From IMG/VR virus record IMGVR_UViG_3300048880_000040, positions 1 to 44,715 of that record: a DNA stretch of 44,715 nt; one strand, 5' to 3'. Shown one piece after another: positions 9,956-19,508 of this stretch. The position numbers were made by a program, and so were the translations under genes. Source of the DNA: a virus. Taxonomy: Duplodnaviria; Caudoviricetes. The notes under the pieces are model-generated. The model made no database searches, was not told where the DNA came from, and saw only the letters and a program-made list of their open reading frames with translations. The stretch's first letter is position 1. Each line of letters begins with the position of its first letter.

Positions 9956-12900
9956 TCACGTTGTTAAAATCTTTTGTTCATATATATTATCATATATAGC
10001 TTGATAGTTATAACTACCAAAACCAACTAAAGTATAGTTTTCACAAGAATTAGCTAAATATAGTGAAGGACTCATAGGATTAATCATTACTCGTCTAGAA
10101 CCCCTTGTATAATCTAATGAGTTCCAATTACTATCAGCAAAACATGCTTGTTGTACTTCATGTAAAGCATCCATTTGTTTTTCTTGAAGAAGTTCTTGTT
10201 GTTCTCTTTCATCATTTACATCATCTAATTCTTCATATGCATAATGCTCTAGAACAGTACCAAGAACATTAGTTAAATCCCCTAAGAAGTTAACTAAATC
10301 AAGGAATACAGTAAGGTCTAAGTCTTTAAATTTACCAAATGCTGCGTATGTAGCTACAATTATAAGAAAAGCAACTTCAGGACTAAATTTATCTAAAGCA
10401 AATTTCACTATCTCTTTCATTGCATAATGGATAAGTACTTGCTTTATAATAAAAGTAATAATTGCTTCTGCACCCCTTAGTTGTGGATTAAAAAGTGCCA
10501 TTATGAATAATACAACTTGTACAATTTTTAATAACTTAGCCCATAAAGGTAATTCAATTACCTCATAGTGGGCGACATAGAGGGATATGTGTGCAGCAGC
10601 TAAGAGTAAACTTGTTACATGATTATTAGGCAAGTCTTTAACCATATCATATGACATAGGTACCATTAAATCAGTTCTTTCAGCAAGATTAAAAGCAACC
10701 ATTTTAAATTTACCAGTTTGAGCATCAACTACTCGTAACATACATTTAGGGGCTTTTAAGGTATATGCATTCAAACCATTAGCAACGATTTGATAGTAAA
10801 TCATTTCTTGACTTGCAGTAGTTGTTTCTGAAGCTCTATTAACTAACCTTAATGCACCTACAGGTGTTGTAGGTGTTAAAACACAACGTCCTGCACTACC
10901 ATCTCCACCATGATTTAGTCCTGAACCTTGACCCCCACCACCAATATTAACTATGACATAATCATTATAATTAGCAATTGTATGATTTACAGTATAGTAA
11001 GCACCTCTGTCCCCGTTCCTTCCATACCGATCAGTATCAAAATCCCAGAACGAAGCATTATCACCTCCTCCTCCTCCGCCAGCTGAATATCCTGAAGCGT
11101 TGCTTCCACCACCATCATTTCCACCAGCACCTCCACTACCTGAGAATGAAGAGTGGGCTCCTGAAGGTACTCCATTACTACCAGGACCACCAAAAGATTC
11201 TCCTGTTTCTCCTATTGATGTTCCTCCATTATCTGCAGAACCTCCAGCACCCCCACCAGCAGAGTAAGTATTAAGTAATGTACCACTAGAATTGTAAACT
11301 TTAGCGTATGTTGTGCCGCCACTAGTACCTGCTGTGCCACTACCAGAACCAGCTTTTGCTCCACCTCCCGCACCTCCTCCACCAGATATTTCAATCTTTA
11401 GTGGTGAAGTACCATTAATTGTATAATATACTTGACTACTAGTTATTTGTGTAACACTACCGCTAGCTATACGTTCATAAAGTAAAGCTGGTTTTACTAC
11501 ACCATCACTATTAGTACTACCATCCGCATTTTTTAAAGCACCTGTAAAAGCAATTCGCTGTGTAGGTTGCATCCAATTAGCTGCTTCCGCATTATAAGTA
11601 GATTCTTGTGCAAGAGTTCCTGCTACAAATGCATTTACATTAGCAGTGGTAGAAGCTAAGTATCCTACACTATATGTTGAATAACCAGATGAAGCATAAT
11701 AAGTACCATTAGTAATTAAATCACTGTTACCTGTTTGACCTGAAGTAAATTTAGTTAAATCAGAATAATATACTGAAAAAATAGTACTATTTGAATCAGC
11801 ATTAACTTGTGCTAACGTATAGTGAACAAATTTAATATAGGCAAATGTAAAGGCATATTTATAGTCTGTACCTGTAACACGAAGAGTGTTATAAGATTTC
11901 TCATCTGGGGCAGCATTATAATCACCTTCTGTTGAAGCTTGACTTGGGTATAAAGTAGAAACAAATCTAAATAAATAATTTAACCCTATTTGAGAAGTCT
12001 CCCATAATCTTACTCCAAAATTTAAAAATACATGGTCTACTTTATTGTTATAGTCAGATATACCTGAAGTTGCAACATCCTCCATAACACCATCAATTAA
12101 ATCACCTGCATCTAATCCTATTTTATCTACAAGTTTAGTTATTTGAGCTGATTTAGTTGTAGCAGTAGCATTAAAATTTGTATTATTTTGACGTAGTGGA
12201 ATTGCTGGTAATATATCTAGTGAAGTACCCCCAGCTGCACCAAATTGTTCTGAAGGGTCATCTAAATCTGTATAAGTACCATCTCCTACTTTATATGTCC
12301 AAAGTAATGGAATACTAGGAGCACTATCTCTATGATATGTAACAACGTAATGTAATCCAACTGGTTTAGTAGGAATATTAAAACCAGCAAAATCTGCTAG
12401 TGGGTCTCCTAAACGTAATGTGTAATCATTAGTTCCAGAGTTATAAACAGAAACAGATACATTAACAGTATATGTAGTACTACTATGTATAAATGTACTT
12501 GCATTATGGTCATAGCTTTTATTAACTTGTAACCAATATTTAATCCAAAAAGGAACAAATAATGTACCTAATTTAGCGGTATCTATTGTAACTGGTGTAC
12601 TGTTTAAAGTAGTTAAAACACTATCTACTTCATCATAATCAACAGTTATGATATTAGCTTCTACAGTAGGAAAATCTTCAAAATATTCATCATTTTCAAT
12701 AATTTCTGTAAATTGTCTAACATTTTTCTTACCACTTTGAAAAACTGAAGAGAATAAGATATTACCAATCATATCTTCTTCATTGTGTATAGAATTAACA
12801 ATTATTTCTGCTAGAACATTTTTATCAGGATCAGGAAATAAAGCTTGATTTAATACTTGAAATTGTTCTACTACTATATCATCATCAAAACCTAATAGAC

Positions 12901-13027
12901 CAGCTAATGCATCAATTACACTATCAACAAGATCGACTATAACATTGATAACTGTTATAACGATATCAAGTATGATATTAACTACATCAATTATAACATC
13001 TAAGATAGCGCTTATAATACCGCCCAT
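9956..13027 (-). CDS. Large virion structural protein (N4 gp53 position) with an internal glycine-rich domain
   Basis: 1023 aa with hydrophobic N- and C-terminal segments and ILPAIPLR / VDHVFLNFGV motifs. Synteny with N4 gp53. Gly-rich block at ~10870-11460. Confidence 0.7.
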   Translation of the reverse strand: MGGIISAILDVIIDVVNIILDIVITVINVIVDLVDSVIDALAGLLGFDDDIVVEQFQVLNQALFPDPDKNVLAEIIVNSIHNEEDMIGNILFSSVFQSGKKNVRQFTEIIENDEYFEDFPTVEANIITVDYDEVDSVLTTLNSTPVTIDTAKLGTLFVPFWIKYWLQVNKSYDHNASTFIHSSTTYTVNVSVSVYNSGTNDYTLRLGDPLADFAGFNIPTKPVGLHYVVTYHRDSAPSIPLLWTYKVGDGTYTDLDDPSEQFGAAGGTSLDILPAIPLRQNNTNFNATATTKSAQITKLVDKIGLDAGDLIDGVMEDVATSGISDYNNKVDHVFLNFGVRLWETSQIGLNYLFRFVSTLYPSQASTEGDYNAAPDEKSYNTLRVTGTDYKYAFTFAYIKFVHYTLAQVNADSNSTIFSVYYSDLTKFTSGQTGNSDLITNGTYYASSGYSTYSVGYLASTTANVNAFVAGTLAQESTYNAEAANWMQPTQRIAFTGALKNADGSTNSDGVVKPALLYERIASGSVTQITSSQVYYTINGTSPLKIEISGGGGAGGGAKAGSGSGTAGTSGGTTYAKVYNSSGTLLNTYSAGGGAGGSADNGGTSIGETGESFGGPGSNGVPSGAHSSFSGSGGAGGNDGGGSNASGYSAGGGGGGDNASFWDFDTDRYGRNGDRGAYYTVNHTIANYNDYVIVNIGGGGQGSGLNHGGDGSAGRCVLTPTTPVGALRLVNRASETTTASQEMIYYQIVANGLNAYTLKAPKCMLRVVDAQTGKFKMVAFNLAERTDLMVPMSYDMVKDLPNNHVTSLLLAAAHISLYVAHYEVIELPLWAKLLKIVQVVLFIMALFNPQLRGAEAIITFIIKQVLIHYAMKEIVKFALDKFSPEVAFLIIVATYAAFGKFKDLDLTVFLDLVNFLGDLTNVLGTVLEHYAYEELDDVNDEREQQELLQEKQMDALHEVQQACFADSNWNSLDYTRGSRRVMINPMSPSLYLANSCENYTLVGFGSYNYQAIYDNIYEQKILTT

Positions 13028-13037
13028 ATATTACATC

Positions 13038-14876
13038 CTATTGCTTTATGTAAATTGTAATAACATCTTTCTTTCCCTTTACCGTTATATCACCAATCTT
13101 CCTAGAGGCATGAAACATATCTGGAGGAAGTTGTTCTCTCGTCATACTTGAATAAATCGTTGGATAATCTTTATAATCTCCCCTACCCGCAGTAGCTTCT
13201 AATCTTGCAGCTAAGTTAACTGCATCACCTATTACTGAAAAGTCAAAGCGTGTTGTAGATCCCATGTTACCGATAATTGCTGTACCTGTATTTACACCTG
13301 TACCTACGTTTATATCTGGCAAGCCTCTATCCTTATATAGTTGTTTTAGTTCTTTAGTCTTTGCTTCTATTTCGATTGCAGACTTTACTGCCATCTCAGC
13401 ATGATTCTCCATATCAATAGGTGCACCATATACTGCCATAATACAGTCACCCATAAACTTGTCAACCATACCACCATTACTGAGTATAATCTTTGTCATC
13501 TCATCTAGAAATTCATTAACAAGAACAACTAACCCTTCAGGGTCATCTTTGTTCTTATAGTATTCACTAATAGGTGTAAACCCTATAATGTCCATGAATA
13601 GGTATGACATCTCTTTTCTCTCACCACCAAGCTTAAGTAATGATGGATCTTTTTGTAGTGCTTTAACTTGTCTTGGGTCTAAGTAATGTTCAAACTGTTT
13701 CTTAATTTGTTGCTTCTGCATAAATTCTAATATGAATCTATTGAACGTGGCATGGAATCCTACAATAAAGAATGTTAGTAATGCCCAAGAAATATCTACA
13801 AGAACTAATTGAGTAGCAAACATATGTTGGACGTAATATATACCTCCACCGAATGTACCTAATAATGATAAACCTATAAACCAGTATGGCAAAAATCTTG
13901 TAATAAGAATGATTGCAATACCCAATAGAAGACCTGCAAGCAGCTCTATTAAAGAGTCATACCGCTTTATTGTTTCACCATCTAGGATTGTTTGGAGAGT
14001 CTGTGCAGATATAACATAGTCATATTGTTCACCTATAGGTGTTGCAACAACTCCACCTAATCCTTCTGCTGTCATAGCTACAATTACTGTTGTCCCTGCA
14101 AATGACGTAAAGTCTTCAGATGCAGCACTTATAGTTTTAAATTCTTTATTCCATCTTACCCATACACGAGCATTGATATCTGTATTAATTGTAGCGTAAG
14201 CAGGGACTCTCATAGCCACAATACCAGTTTCATCTGCCTTGACCTGATATGAAGGGTCACCTACAGCAACACGAATAGTTTCTATTGCCATGTTCGGATA
14301 AACTTCTTCACCTATCTTCATAAGCAATGGAACTCGTCTAACTACACCATCAATCTCAGGAGCAGTATTAATAACACCAACACCATTTGCACATTCTGCA
14401 AGTTTAGGTAATGGTCCGACCATGCCATTCCACTCAAATAGATACGGTAATGGATCACCTATCTTTGCCACACCTCTTGGTACTGGATTAGATGTTCTTT
14501 TTTGTGCTGTTCCTGTTTGTGCAATGACTGTGCCATATGATAGTGTTTCACAGAATGTATCATCACTACCAAATCTATCCTCCTCACTAAACAATATAGG
14601 CATCACAATAATACCTGTTTCAGCATTTCTTAATTGAAGTATGAGGTTAGCAAGTACATCACGGTCCCACGGCCATTGCCCATGTTCTTCGATTGCTGCT
14701 TCATCGATAGTAATTATTGTTACTGATTCAGAAGGAGTCTTTACTTCGTTTTGTAGTACATAATCAAATGATTTGAGTCGTAGTATCTCTTTAGCCCATG
14801 GATCTTGAAGACCAATATAAGTTAATACTATAAGGGTAACAAATGCGATGGTCCAATGTGATAGTATTTTCTTCAT
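13038..14876 (-). CDS. CHASE2-domain membrane-bound class III adenylate cyclase
   Basis: N-terminal TM; CHASE2 motifs (IITIDEAAIEEHGQWPWDR, DGVVRRVPL); three TM helices; cyclase motifs FMDIIGFT, VDKFMGDCIMA, GNMGS, FSVIGDAVNLAARLE, VKGK. Confidence 0.95.
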   Translation of the reverse strand: MKKILSHWTIAFVTLIVLTYIGLQDPWAKEILRLKSFDYVLQNEVKTPSESVTIITIDEAAIEEHGQWPWDRDVLANLILQLRNAETGIIVMPILFSEEDRFGSDDTFCETLSYGTVIAQTGTAQKRTSNPVPRGVAKIGDPLPYLFEWNGMVGPLPKLAECANGVGVINTAPEIDGVVRRVPLLMKIGEEVYPNMAIETIRVAVGDPSYQVKADETGIVAMRVPAYATINTDINARVWVRWNKEFKTISAASEDFTSFAGTTVIVAMTAEGLGGVVATPIGEQYDYVISAQTLQTILDGETIKRYDSLIELLAGLLLGIAIILITRFLPYWFIGLSLLGTFGGGIYYVQHMFATQLVLVDISWALLTFFIVGFHATFNRFILEFMQKQQIKKQFEHYLDPRQVKALQKDPSLLKLGGERKEMSYLFMDIIGFTPISEYYKNKDDPEGLVVLVNEFLDEMTKIILSNGGMVDKFMGDCIMAVYGAPIDMENHAEMAVKSAIEIEAKTKELKQLYKDRGLPDINVGTGVNTGTAIIGNMGSTTRFDFSVIGDAVNLAARLEATAGRGDYKDYPTIYSSMTREQLPPDMFHASRKIGDITVKGKKDVITIYIKQ

Positions 14877-14889
14877 AAACCTATTTATA

Positions 14890-15681
14890 TTATTCTTGTG
14901 TTACTGTAACAGAACAACCAGATGATGTCTGGCAATTATTCGTTAATGTGTAGGATTGATTTGAATTACTATTTTGTGTTAAATCTAAATCTGTTGTATA
15001 AGAGCCTGTTAAATCTATTATTGCTGTATGAGTACCATCCCCCTTTTGTACCATAGACTGTTCTCCATTATCAGTTCTAACTATAAAATGTAGTGTCTTA
15101 TTTCCATTGCCTTTTTGTTTAAAGAAAATGTCATTATTATCACCATTATAAGTATAAATTCTAGCATAATGGTCTGCATTGCCTGTACCCGTTTCTTGAG
15201 AACCTTTTAAGTCTGTATTGCCAGCATGAATATCTAAATCAATTGTATGTCCACCGTATTCTGCTGTTGCACTATTCTCACAAGTTGAGTCATTTTCATC
15301 AACATATGTTTTGCCTTGACAAAGATTTATAGTATTATTATTACTTGGTATATGAAATCCTACTCTGTTTGTATCTGTGCCTGTTGTATTGTATTGTTCA
15401 ATCTTTATAGTATTGCTTGAACCATCTAAATCACCACCCCAACCAACACCAGTTCCCCAATATGAAACCCAACTTATCGTGTTGTTATCACCTACTTGAT
15501 CAAAATCAAGATTATTACTATCGTGTGATACAGACAATTGCACTAAATTATCATCGCCATCTTGTAGAATGTCTAGTGTGAAGCTATTGCTTGTGCCTAC
15601 TTGAGTAATGTATATTTCATTAGCAGCAAATACAGGTAGGCACAATAGTAATATACTAATTTTGAACAATAGTGATTTCAC
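14890..15681 (-). CDS. Secreted curlin-repeat (CsgA/CsgB-like) beta-solenoid protein
   Basis: GTG start with GGAGG RBS. Signal peptide ending VFA. Repeated x-Q-x-G-x-x-N strands (NEIYITQVG, ILQDGDDN, FDQVGDNN, FKQKGNGN). C-terminal CQTSSGC. Lies in the csgG/csgF cluster. Confidence 0.8.
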   Translation of the reverse strand: MKSLLFKISILLLCLPVFAANEIYITQVGTSNSFTLDILQDGDDNLVQLSVSHDSNNLDFDQVGDNNTISWVSYWGTGVGWGGDLDGSSNTIKIEQYNTTGTDTNRVGFHIPSNNNTINLCQGKTYVDENDSTCENSATAEYGGHTIDLDIHAGNTDLKGSQETGTGNADHYARIYTYNGDNNDIFFKQKGNGNKTLHFIVRTDNGEQSMVQKGDGTHTAIIDLTGSYTTDLDLTQNSNSNQSYTLTNNCQTSSGCSVTVTQE

Positions 15682-16765
15682 TCTCTGTTCCTCCTAATTC
15701 AAAATCTAATAATTCAAAATCTCCTTGTTGTATATTCATTATGTAACTATTTGCTTGTTCGAGTCTTAACTCTACAACACTTCCACTTGGAGCCTCTCTA
15801 TGCCAGTACCATTCTGGGTCCTCATCTAATATTGTGATTCCTGTGTCTTTATCTGTACCTAATACTATATCACCCTTTGCTTTTTTCTTATCAAGTTTAT
15901 CGCCCAATTGTAACGCTAACTGTAAATTCAATTGGTCTAAAATATTACCTAAAAAGTTTTGATCTAAAAAATTTCTATCAAGTTGTTCTAACTTATCTTC
16001 ATCTTCTAATTCTTTAATATAATCTTCCATAGACTTGTCTAGTTCATCAAACTTTAACAAATCAACATCAAGTGCAGTAGCAGTCTTTTGATATTCAACT
16101 TCTTGTTCTGCTTCAGCAATTTCTCTTGGTTGAGATATAATCAATAAATTAGTAATAAAGTTTTCTTCTAAACTTAAAATAACAGGTGGCAACGGCTTAC
16201 TACTAATTGTATCTACAGTCGTTGCTTGAAAAGCTGTATTCATAATAACCTGACCAGCATCAGACTCAACTGTTATTTCACCAACAAAACAAAAACCGTT
16301 TGTATCACATGATGGCAATAAAATAATAGTGGAACTACCAATCTCGTCTACTGTCATTGTAAAGTCTGTACCACGAACACCAATCGTTGCAGTCGGTGTT
16401 CTTATCTGTACATTCGTTGGACTTGTTTTTGCAATCTGACCAGATGCATATCGTATTGTACCTAGTGCTGCTTTAAGTGATAATGAACCTGTCTTTGTAT
16501 TTGGGTCATAAACAAATTCGTCAATAATTAATTTTGAATGTTCAGTTACATCAACTCTCGTATCATCAATAAACCCAATGGCAACTTTACCTTTACCAGT
16601 TTTAACAGTATTATATGAAAATATATCTAAATCATCTTTAGCCTTAACATCTTCACCATCGTTTCTTTCAATAACAGCATTACCTGTTTGTAGAATAATA
16701 TCTCCAATTATGCCAGAAGCGAATGATGAAACTGTTAAGCACCATAATATAATAAAGAGTCGCAC
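15656..16765 (-). CDS. Secreted/periplasmic FecR-domain protein
   Basis: Signal peptide ending SFA. FecR motifs FIDDTRVDVTEHSKL and VQIRTPTATIGVRGTDF. No N-terminal anti-sigma domain or internal TM. Acidic linker, then a beta-rich C-terminus. Confidence 0.9.
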   Translation of the reverse strand: MRLFIILWCLTVSSFASGIIGDIILQTGNAVIERNDGEDVKAKDDLDIFSYNTVKTGKGKVAIGFIDDTRVDVTEHSKLIIDEFVYDPNTKTGSLSLKAALGTIRYASGQIAKTSPTNVQIRTPTATIGVRGTDFTMTVDEIGSSTIILLPSCDTNGFCFVGEITVESDAGQVIMNTAFQATTVDTISSKPLPPVILSLEENFITNLLIISQPREIAEAEQEVEYQKTATALDVDLLKFDELDKSMEDYIKELEDEDKLEQLDRNFLDQNFLGNILDQLNLQLALQLGDKLDKKKAKGDIVLGTDKDTGITILDEDPEWYWHREAPSGSVVELRLEQANSYIMNIQQGDFELLDFELGGTESEITIVQN

Positions 16766-16766
16766 A

Positions 16767-17882
16767 CTAATCTCGTTGGATTATATCTACATTAGCTGAA
16801 GCACCATTTACTGTTAGGGTTAAGATATCACCACTTCCACCAGTTTGTAATATAACATAATCTCCACTTGCACCATCATGGTGTAATGAAGTTGTACTGG
16901 CATTATCTTGGTCAAGGTCAAGAGTATAACCTGAGCCAGCAGCATCTACATGAACTGTACCACTACTTGTTTGTTCTATACTAACATTAGCACTTGCACC
17001 ATTAACATCTAAGTTGATAGTACCTGTACTTGTTTGGTCAATGTCATATGTACCCCCAGCACCAGCTAAACCAGATGAAGTTTGTCCAAGGATAGTTCCA
17101 ACTGTATTAAATGTAGCATGACCTGACTGAAGAAGATTAATTGTCTTAACAGCCGATGAAGTACTTCCACTAGAGGTTACTGTTGCTGTACCACCAGCAG
17201 TTTGAGTAATATCAATATTTTGTGAATCACCTGTTGTTATATATGTTGCTATGTTGTCATAAGAACCTGATTGGACTACATCTACATCAGCTGTGATACC
17301 AGTTTGGGTCATAATTAAAGTATGACCATTAACATCTCCATTATCATCAATATTGATTAGATAATTATTTGTATCACCATCAATAGTTAGTGTCAATACT
17401 GCACTTGTACCATCAATTGTGGCTGCAACAACAGTACTATCCGTACCTGAGGCACCAACGATGTCAATATCAGCGTTATCGCCAGATTTTGAAGACGTAA
17501 GGCCTATATCTAAATCAATGTCTTGTGAATTACCAGTAAAGGTGATTACAGCATTAACACTATCACATCCTGAAGTAGCATCAGCAGAATCACAATTGAA
17601 ATCAATGTTATTACTATTACCTGTTGTACTCCACACACCAGTAAAGCTATCGCCATGAATATCAAATGTAATTATATTACTAGCACCCACTTGGTCGATA
17701 TTAAAGTTAGTTGCTGAACCACTAGCGGTAGATGCAGTTGTGCTATTGCCGATCATATTTCCATCGCCATCTTGTAGTACATCAAATACTAATGAAGCTC
17801 CTGCCTGTGTTACATAAATCTTATTTGTTGCCATTACTGACAAACTCATCATTAGCATAACAAAGAAACTGAAAATCTTCAA
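16767..17882 (-). CDS. Secreted curlin-repeat (CsgA-like) beta-solenoid protein
   Basis: TTG start with GGGAG RBS. Signal peptide ending VMA. Many S/T/G/N/D/Q-rich curlin-like strands (NKIYVTQAG, VLQDGDGN, IDQVGASN, VVQSGSYDN). Immediately downstream of csgG. Confidence 0.8.
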   Translation of the reverse strand: MKIFSFFVMLMMSLSVMATNKIYVTQAGASLVFDVLQDGDGNMIGNSTTASTASGSATNFNIDQVGASNIITFDIHGDSFTGVWSTTGNSNNIDFNCDSADATSGCDSVNAVITFTGNSQDIDLDIGLTSSKSGDNADIDIVGASGTDSTVVAATIDGTSAVLTLTIDGDTNNYLINIDDNGDVNGHTLIMTQTGITADVDVVQSGSYDNIATYITTGDSQNIDITQTAGGTATVTSSGSTSSAVKTINLLQSGHATFNTVGTILGQTSSGLAGAGGTYDIDQTSTGTINLDVNGASANVSIEQTSSGTVHVDAAGSGYTLDLDQDNASTTSLHHDGASGDYVILQTGGSGDILTLTVNGASANVDIIQRD

Positions 17883-17883
17883 A

Positions 17884-18789
17884 TTACTCCCCTTGTTTTA
17901 CTATATTTGGATGTTTCGCCCATTCGTCTAATAGTATACTAGAATCTATTATATTTGTAATTGGAACCTCTTCTTTTGGTAGTTCCCACTCCCATAGCCC
18001 TAATTCTTTACCTTCATGTACCATTTGCAAGACTGCATATTCAATCGCAGTACGAATTGCATAATTCACTGGTTCGTTAGTTGCATTACCAGATTCTATC
18101 TCTAATGCTCTCGTACCTAAATCTAAAAATTTAAATACATCAGCACCATTACTTGTACTCGCAATTGTTTTTGAGACTTGTACAGTTAGTAAAATCTCTC
18201 CTGTTTGTACTCCAACAAGCCTTAATGAAACTGTTACTTGATCTGTTCTATATTCTTCGCCAATACCTAAACCAAAATATCTCATACCAGCGCCACCACT
18301 TGTCGTATTCGTGTCATAACCTACAATACCACCTTCTAGTATCAGTCCAGCAAATAACATAGGAGATAATGAATCTACTCCAGTCGCACCATCATATAAT
18401 TCTCTTGTACTTCTTATTAGTTGTCGTTCTTTGACTACATTATCTAAACTTGCTCTCTCAACAACTGTAAACCAATCACCATTGCTAACTGCCATCAATG
18501 CTTGTATAACCCAAACATCAGCTCCCTGTGAAACTGCTGTGGATAATCCAACTTGTTTTCTCTGTCCTGTAACATCAGGAAACTTATAGACAGCAACTGT
18601 AATCTTTACTGGATTGCCATCACCATCTGTTGGTACGTTTATCAAATCAGGTATTTCTTGTAATAATACCTTAGTTGGTGTACCTTCTATAAACGGCATA
18701 TCACCTTGTATTGGTTCAGTCTTTTGATTTATTCCACATGCGCCAACTAAGCACGATAATAAAGCTACTGCTAAATATTCCATATTCAT
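17884..18789 (-). CDS. csgG: Curli secretion channel CsgG (outer-membrane lipoprotein)
   Basis: Lipobox-like VGAC. CsgG motifs VAVYKFPDVTGQRK, STAVSQG, WFTVVER, ERQLIRSTR, LEGGIVGYDTN..SGGAGMRYFG, YRTDQVTVSLRLV..QTGEIL. Confidence 0.95.
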   Translation of the reverse strand: MNMEYLAVALLSCLVGACGINQKTEPIQGDMPFIEGTPTKVLLQEIPDLINVPTDGDGNPVKITVAVYKFPDVTGQRKQVGLSTAVSQGADVWVIQALMAVSNGDWFTVVERASLDNVVKERQLIRSTRELYDGATGVDSLSPMLFAGLILEGGIVGYDTNTTSGGAGMRYFGLGIGEEYRTDQVTVSLRLVGVQTGEILLTVQVSKTIASTSNGADVFKFLDLGTRALEIESGNATNEPVNYAIRTAIEYAVLQMVHEGKELGLWEWELPKEEVPITNIIDSSILLDEWAKHPNIVKQGE

Positions 18790-18796
18790 AACTTAT

Positions 18797-19276
18797 TTAA
18801 AATTTAAAGTCTCCTACTGGTACAATTAATTGTGTTATACCACCAGAAGCATCAACAATTGTCAATGTAATTGTTTCTGCTGTTTCATCTTTTATCCATG
18901 AAACTGTAGAGCCATCAGGTAAAGTTGCTGTACCACTAAGTGGACATTCTAATTCAGTCGTAGTAGTATCTTCGGTACAATTAGTACCAAACATATTATC
19001 AACCATTTGTTTGGATAGATTTGCAAAGATACGACTTTCAACATTTGTTACGAACTTAGCAAGAGTAGTATTCTTAGCCGCTCTATCAGCTGCCTTTTCG
19101 GCTGCTGTCTTGTCGTCTTTTACTCCCTCTGATCTATTAAATTCTATTTGCGCAATAGACATCACATGAGTAGAATAGCCAACCCCACTAAAAGCAGGAC
19201 TCTTAAACCCAAAGGTTAACTCACTAGCCTGGATCGATGTGATTAACAGTAGTAGTACTATTCCGACTAGCCGCAT
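18797..19276 (-). CDS. csgF: Curli assembly protein CsgF
   Basis: Signal peptide, then ELTFGFKSPAFSG matching the CsgF N-terminal TFQFRNPNFGG motif. FVTNVESRIFANLSKQM helix. C-terminal TQLIVPVG. Adjacent to csgG. Confidence 0.88.
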   Translation of the reverse strand: MRLVGIVLLLLITSIQASELTFGFKSPAFSGVGYSTHVMSIAQIEFNRSEGVKDDKTAAEKAADRAAKNTTLAKFVTNVESRIFANLSKQMVDNMFGTNCTEDTTTTELECPLSGTATLPDGSTVSWIKDETAETITLTIVDASGGITQLIVPVGDFKF

Positions 19277-19508
19277 TTCTCTCTTGCTCCTGTAATATCA
19301 TATCAAGCTTAGCATTAAGCCTAATCAAATCATTATCCAACATTCTAACCCTATCAATTAATTTAATCAAAGTTATATGACTATCACCAATAACAGGGTC
19401 TACCTTTGTAGACACCCATGTCCATATAAAATATATGAAGTAACCCATAGCAGCTGCAGCGATAATAGGGAAACCATAATCACTAACTAATTGTCCTATA
19501 GAATCCAT
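19224..19508 (-). CDS. Small single-TM membrane protein with coiled coil (YvrJ-like GFPI motif), paralog 1
   Basis: YGFPIIAAAAMGYFIYFIW, then RVRMLDNDLIRLNAK. ATG overlaps the upstream stop. 3' end overlaps csgF. Confidence 0.7.
   Translation of the reverse strand: MDSIGQLVSDYGFPIIAAAAMGYFIYFIWTWVSTKVDPVIGDSHITLIKLIDRVRMLDNDLIRLNAKLDMILQEQERNAASRNSTTTVNHIDPG

Noticed and set aside
13038-14876. Pycsar-type pyrimidine cyclase defence system
   Set aside because: The CHASE2/TM receptor architecture and ATP-specifying residues fit a signalling adenylate cyclase, and no adjacent cNMP-binding TM or TIR effector is present.
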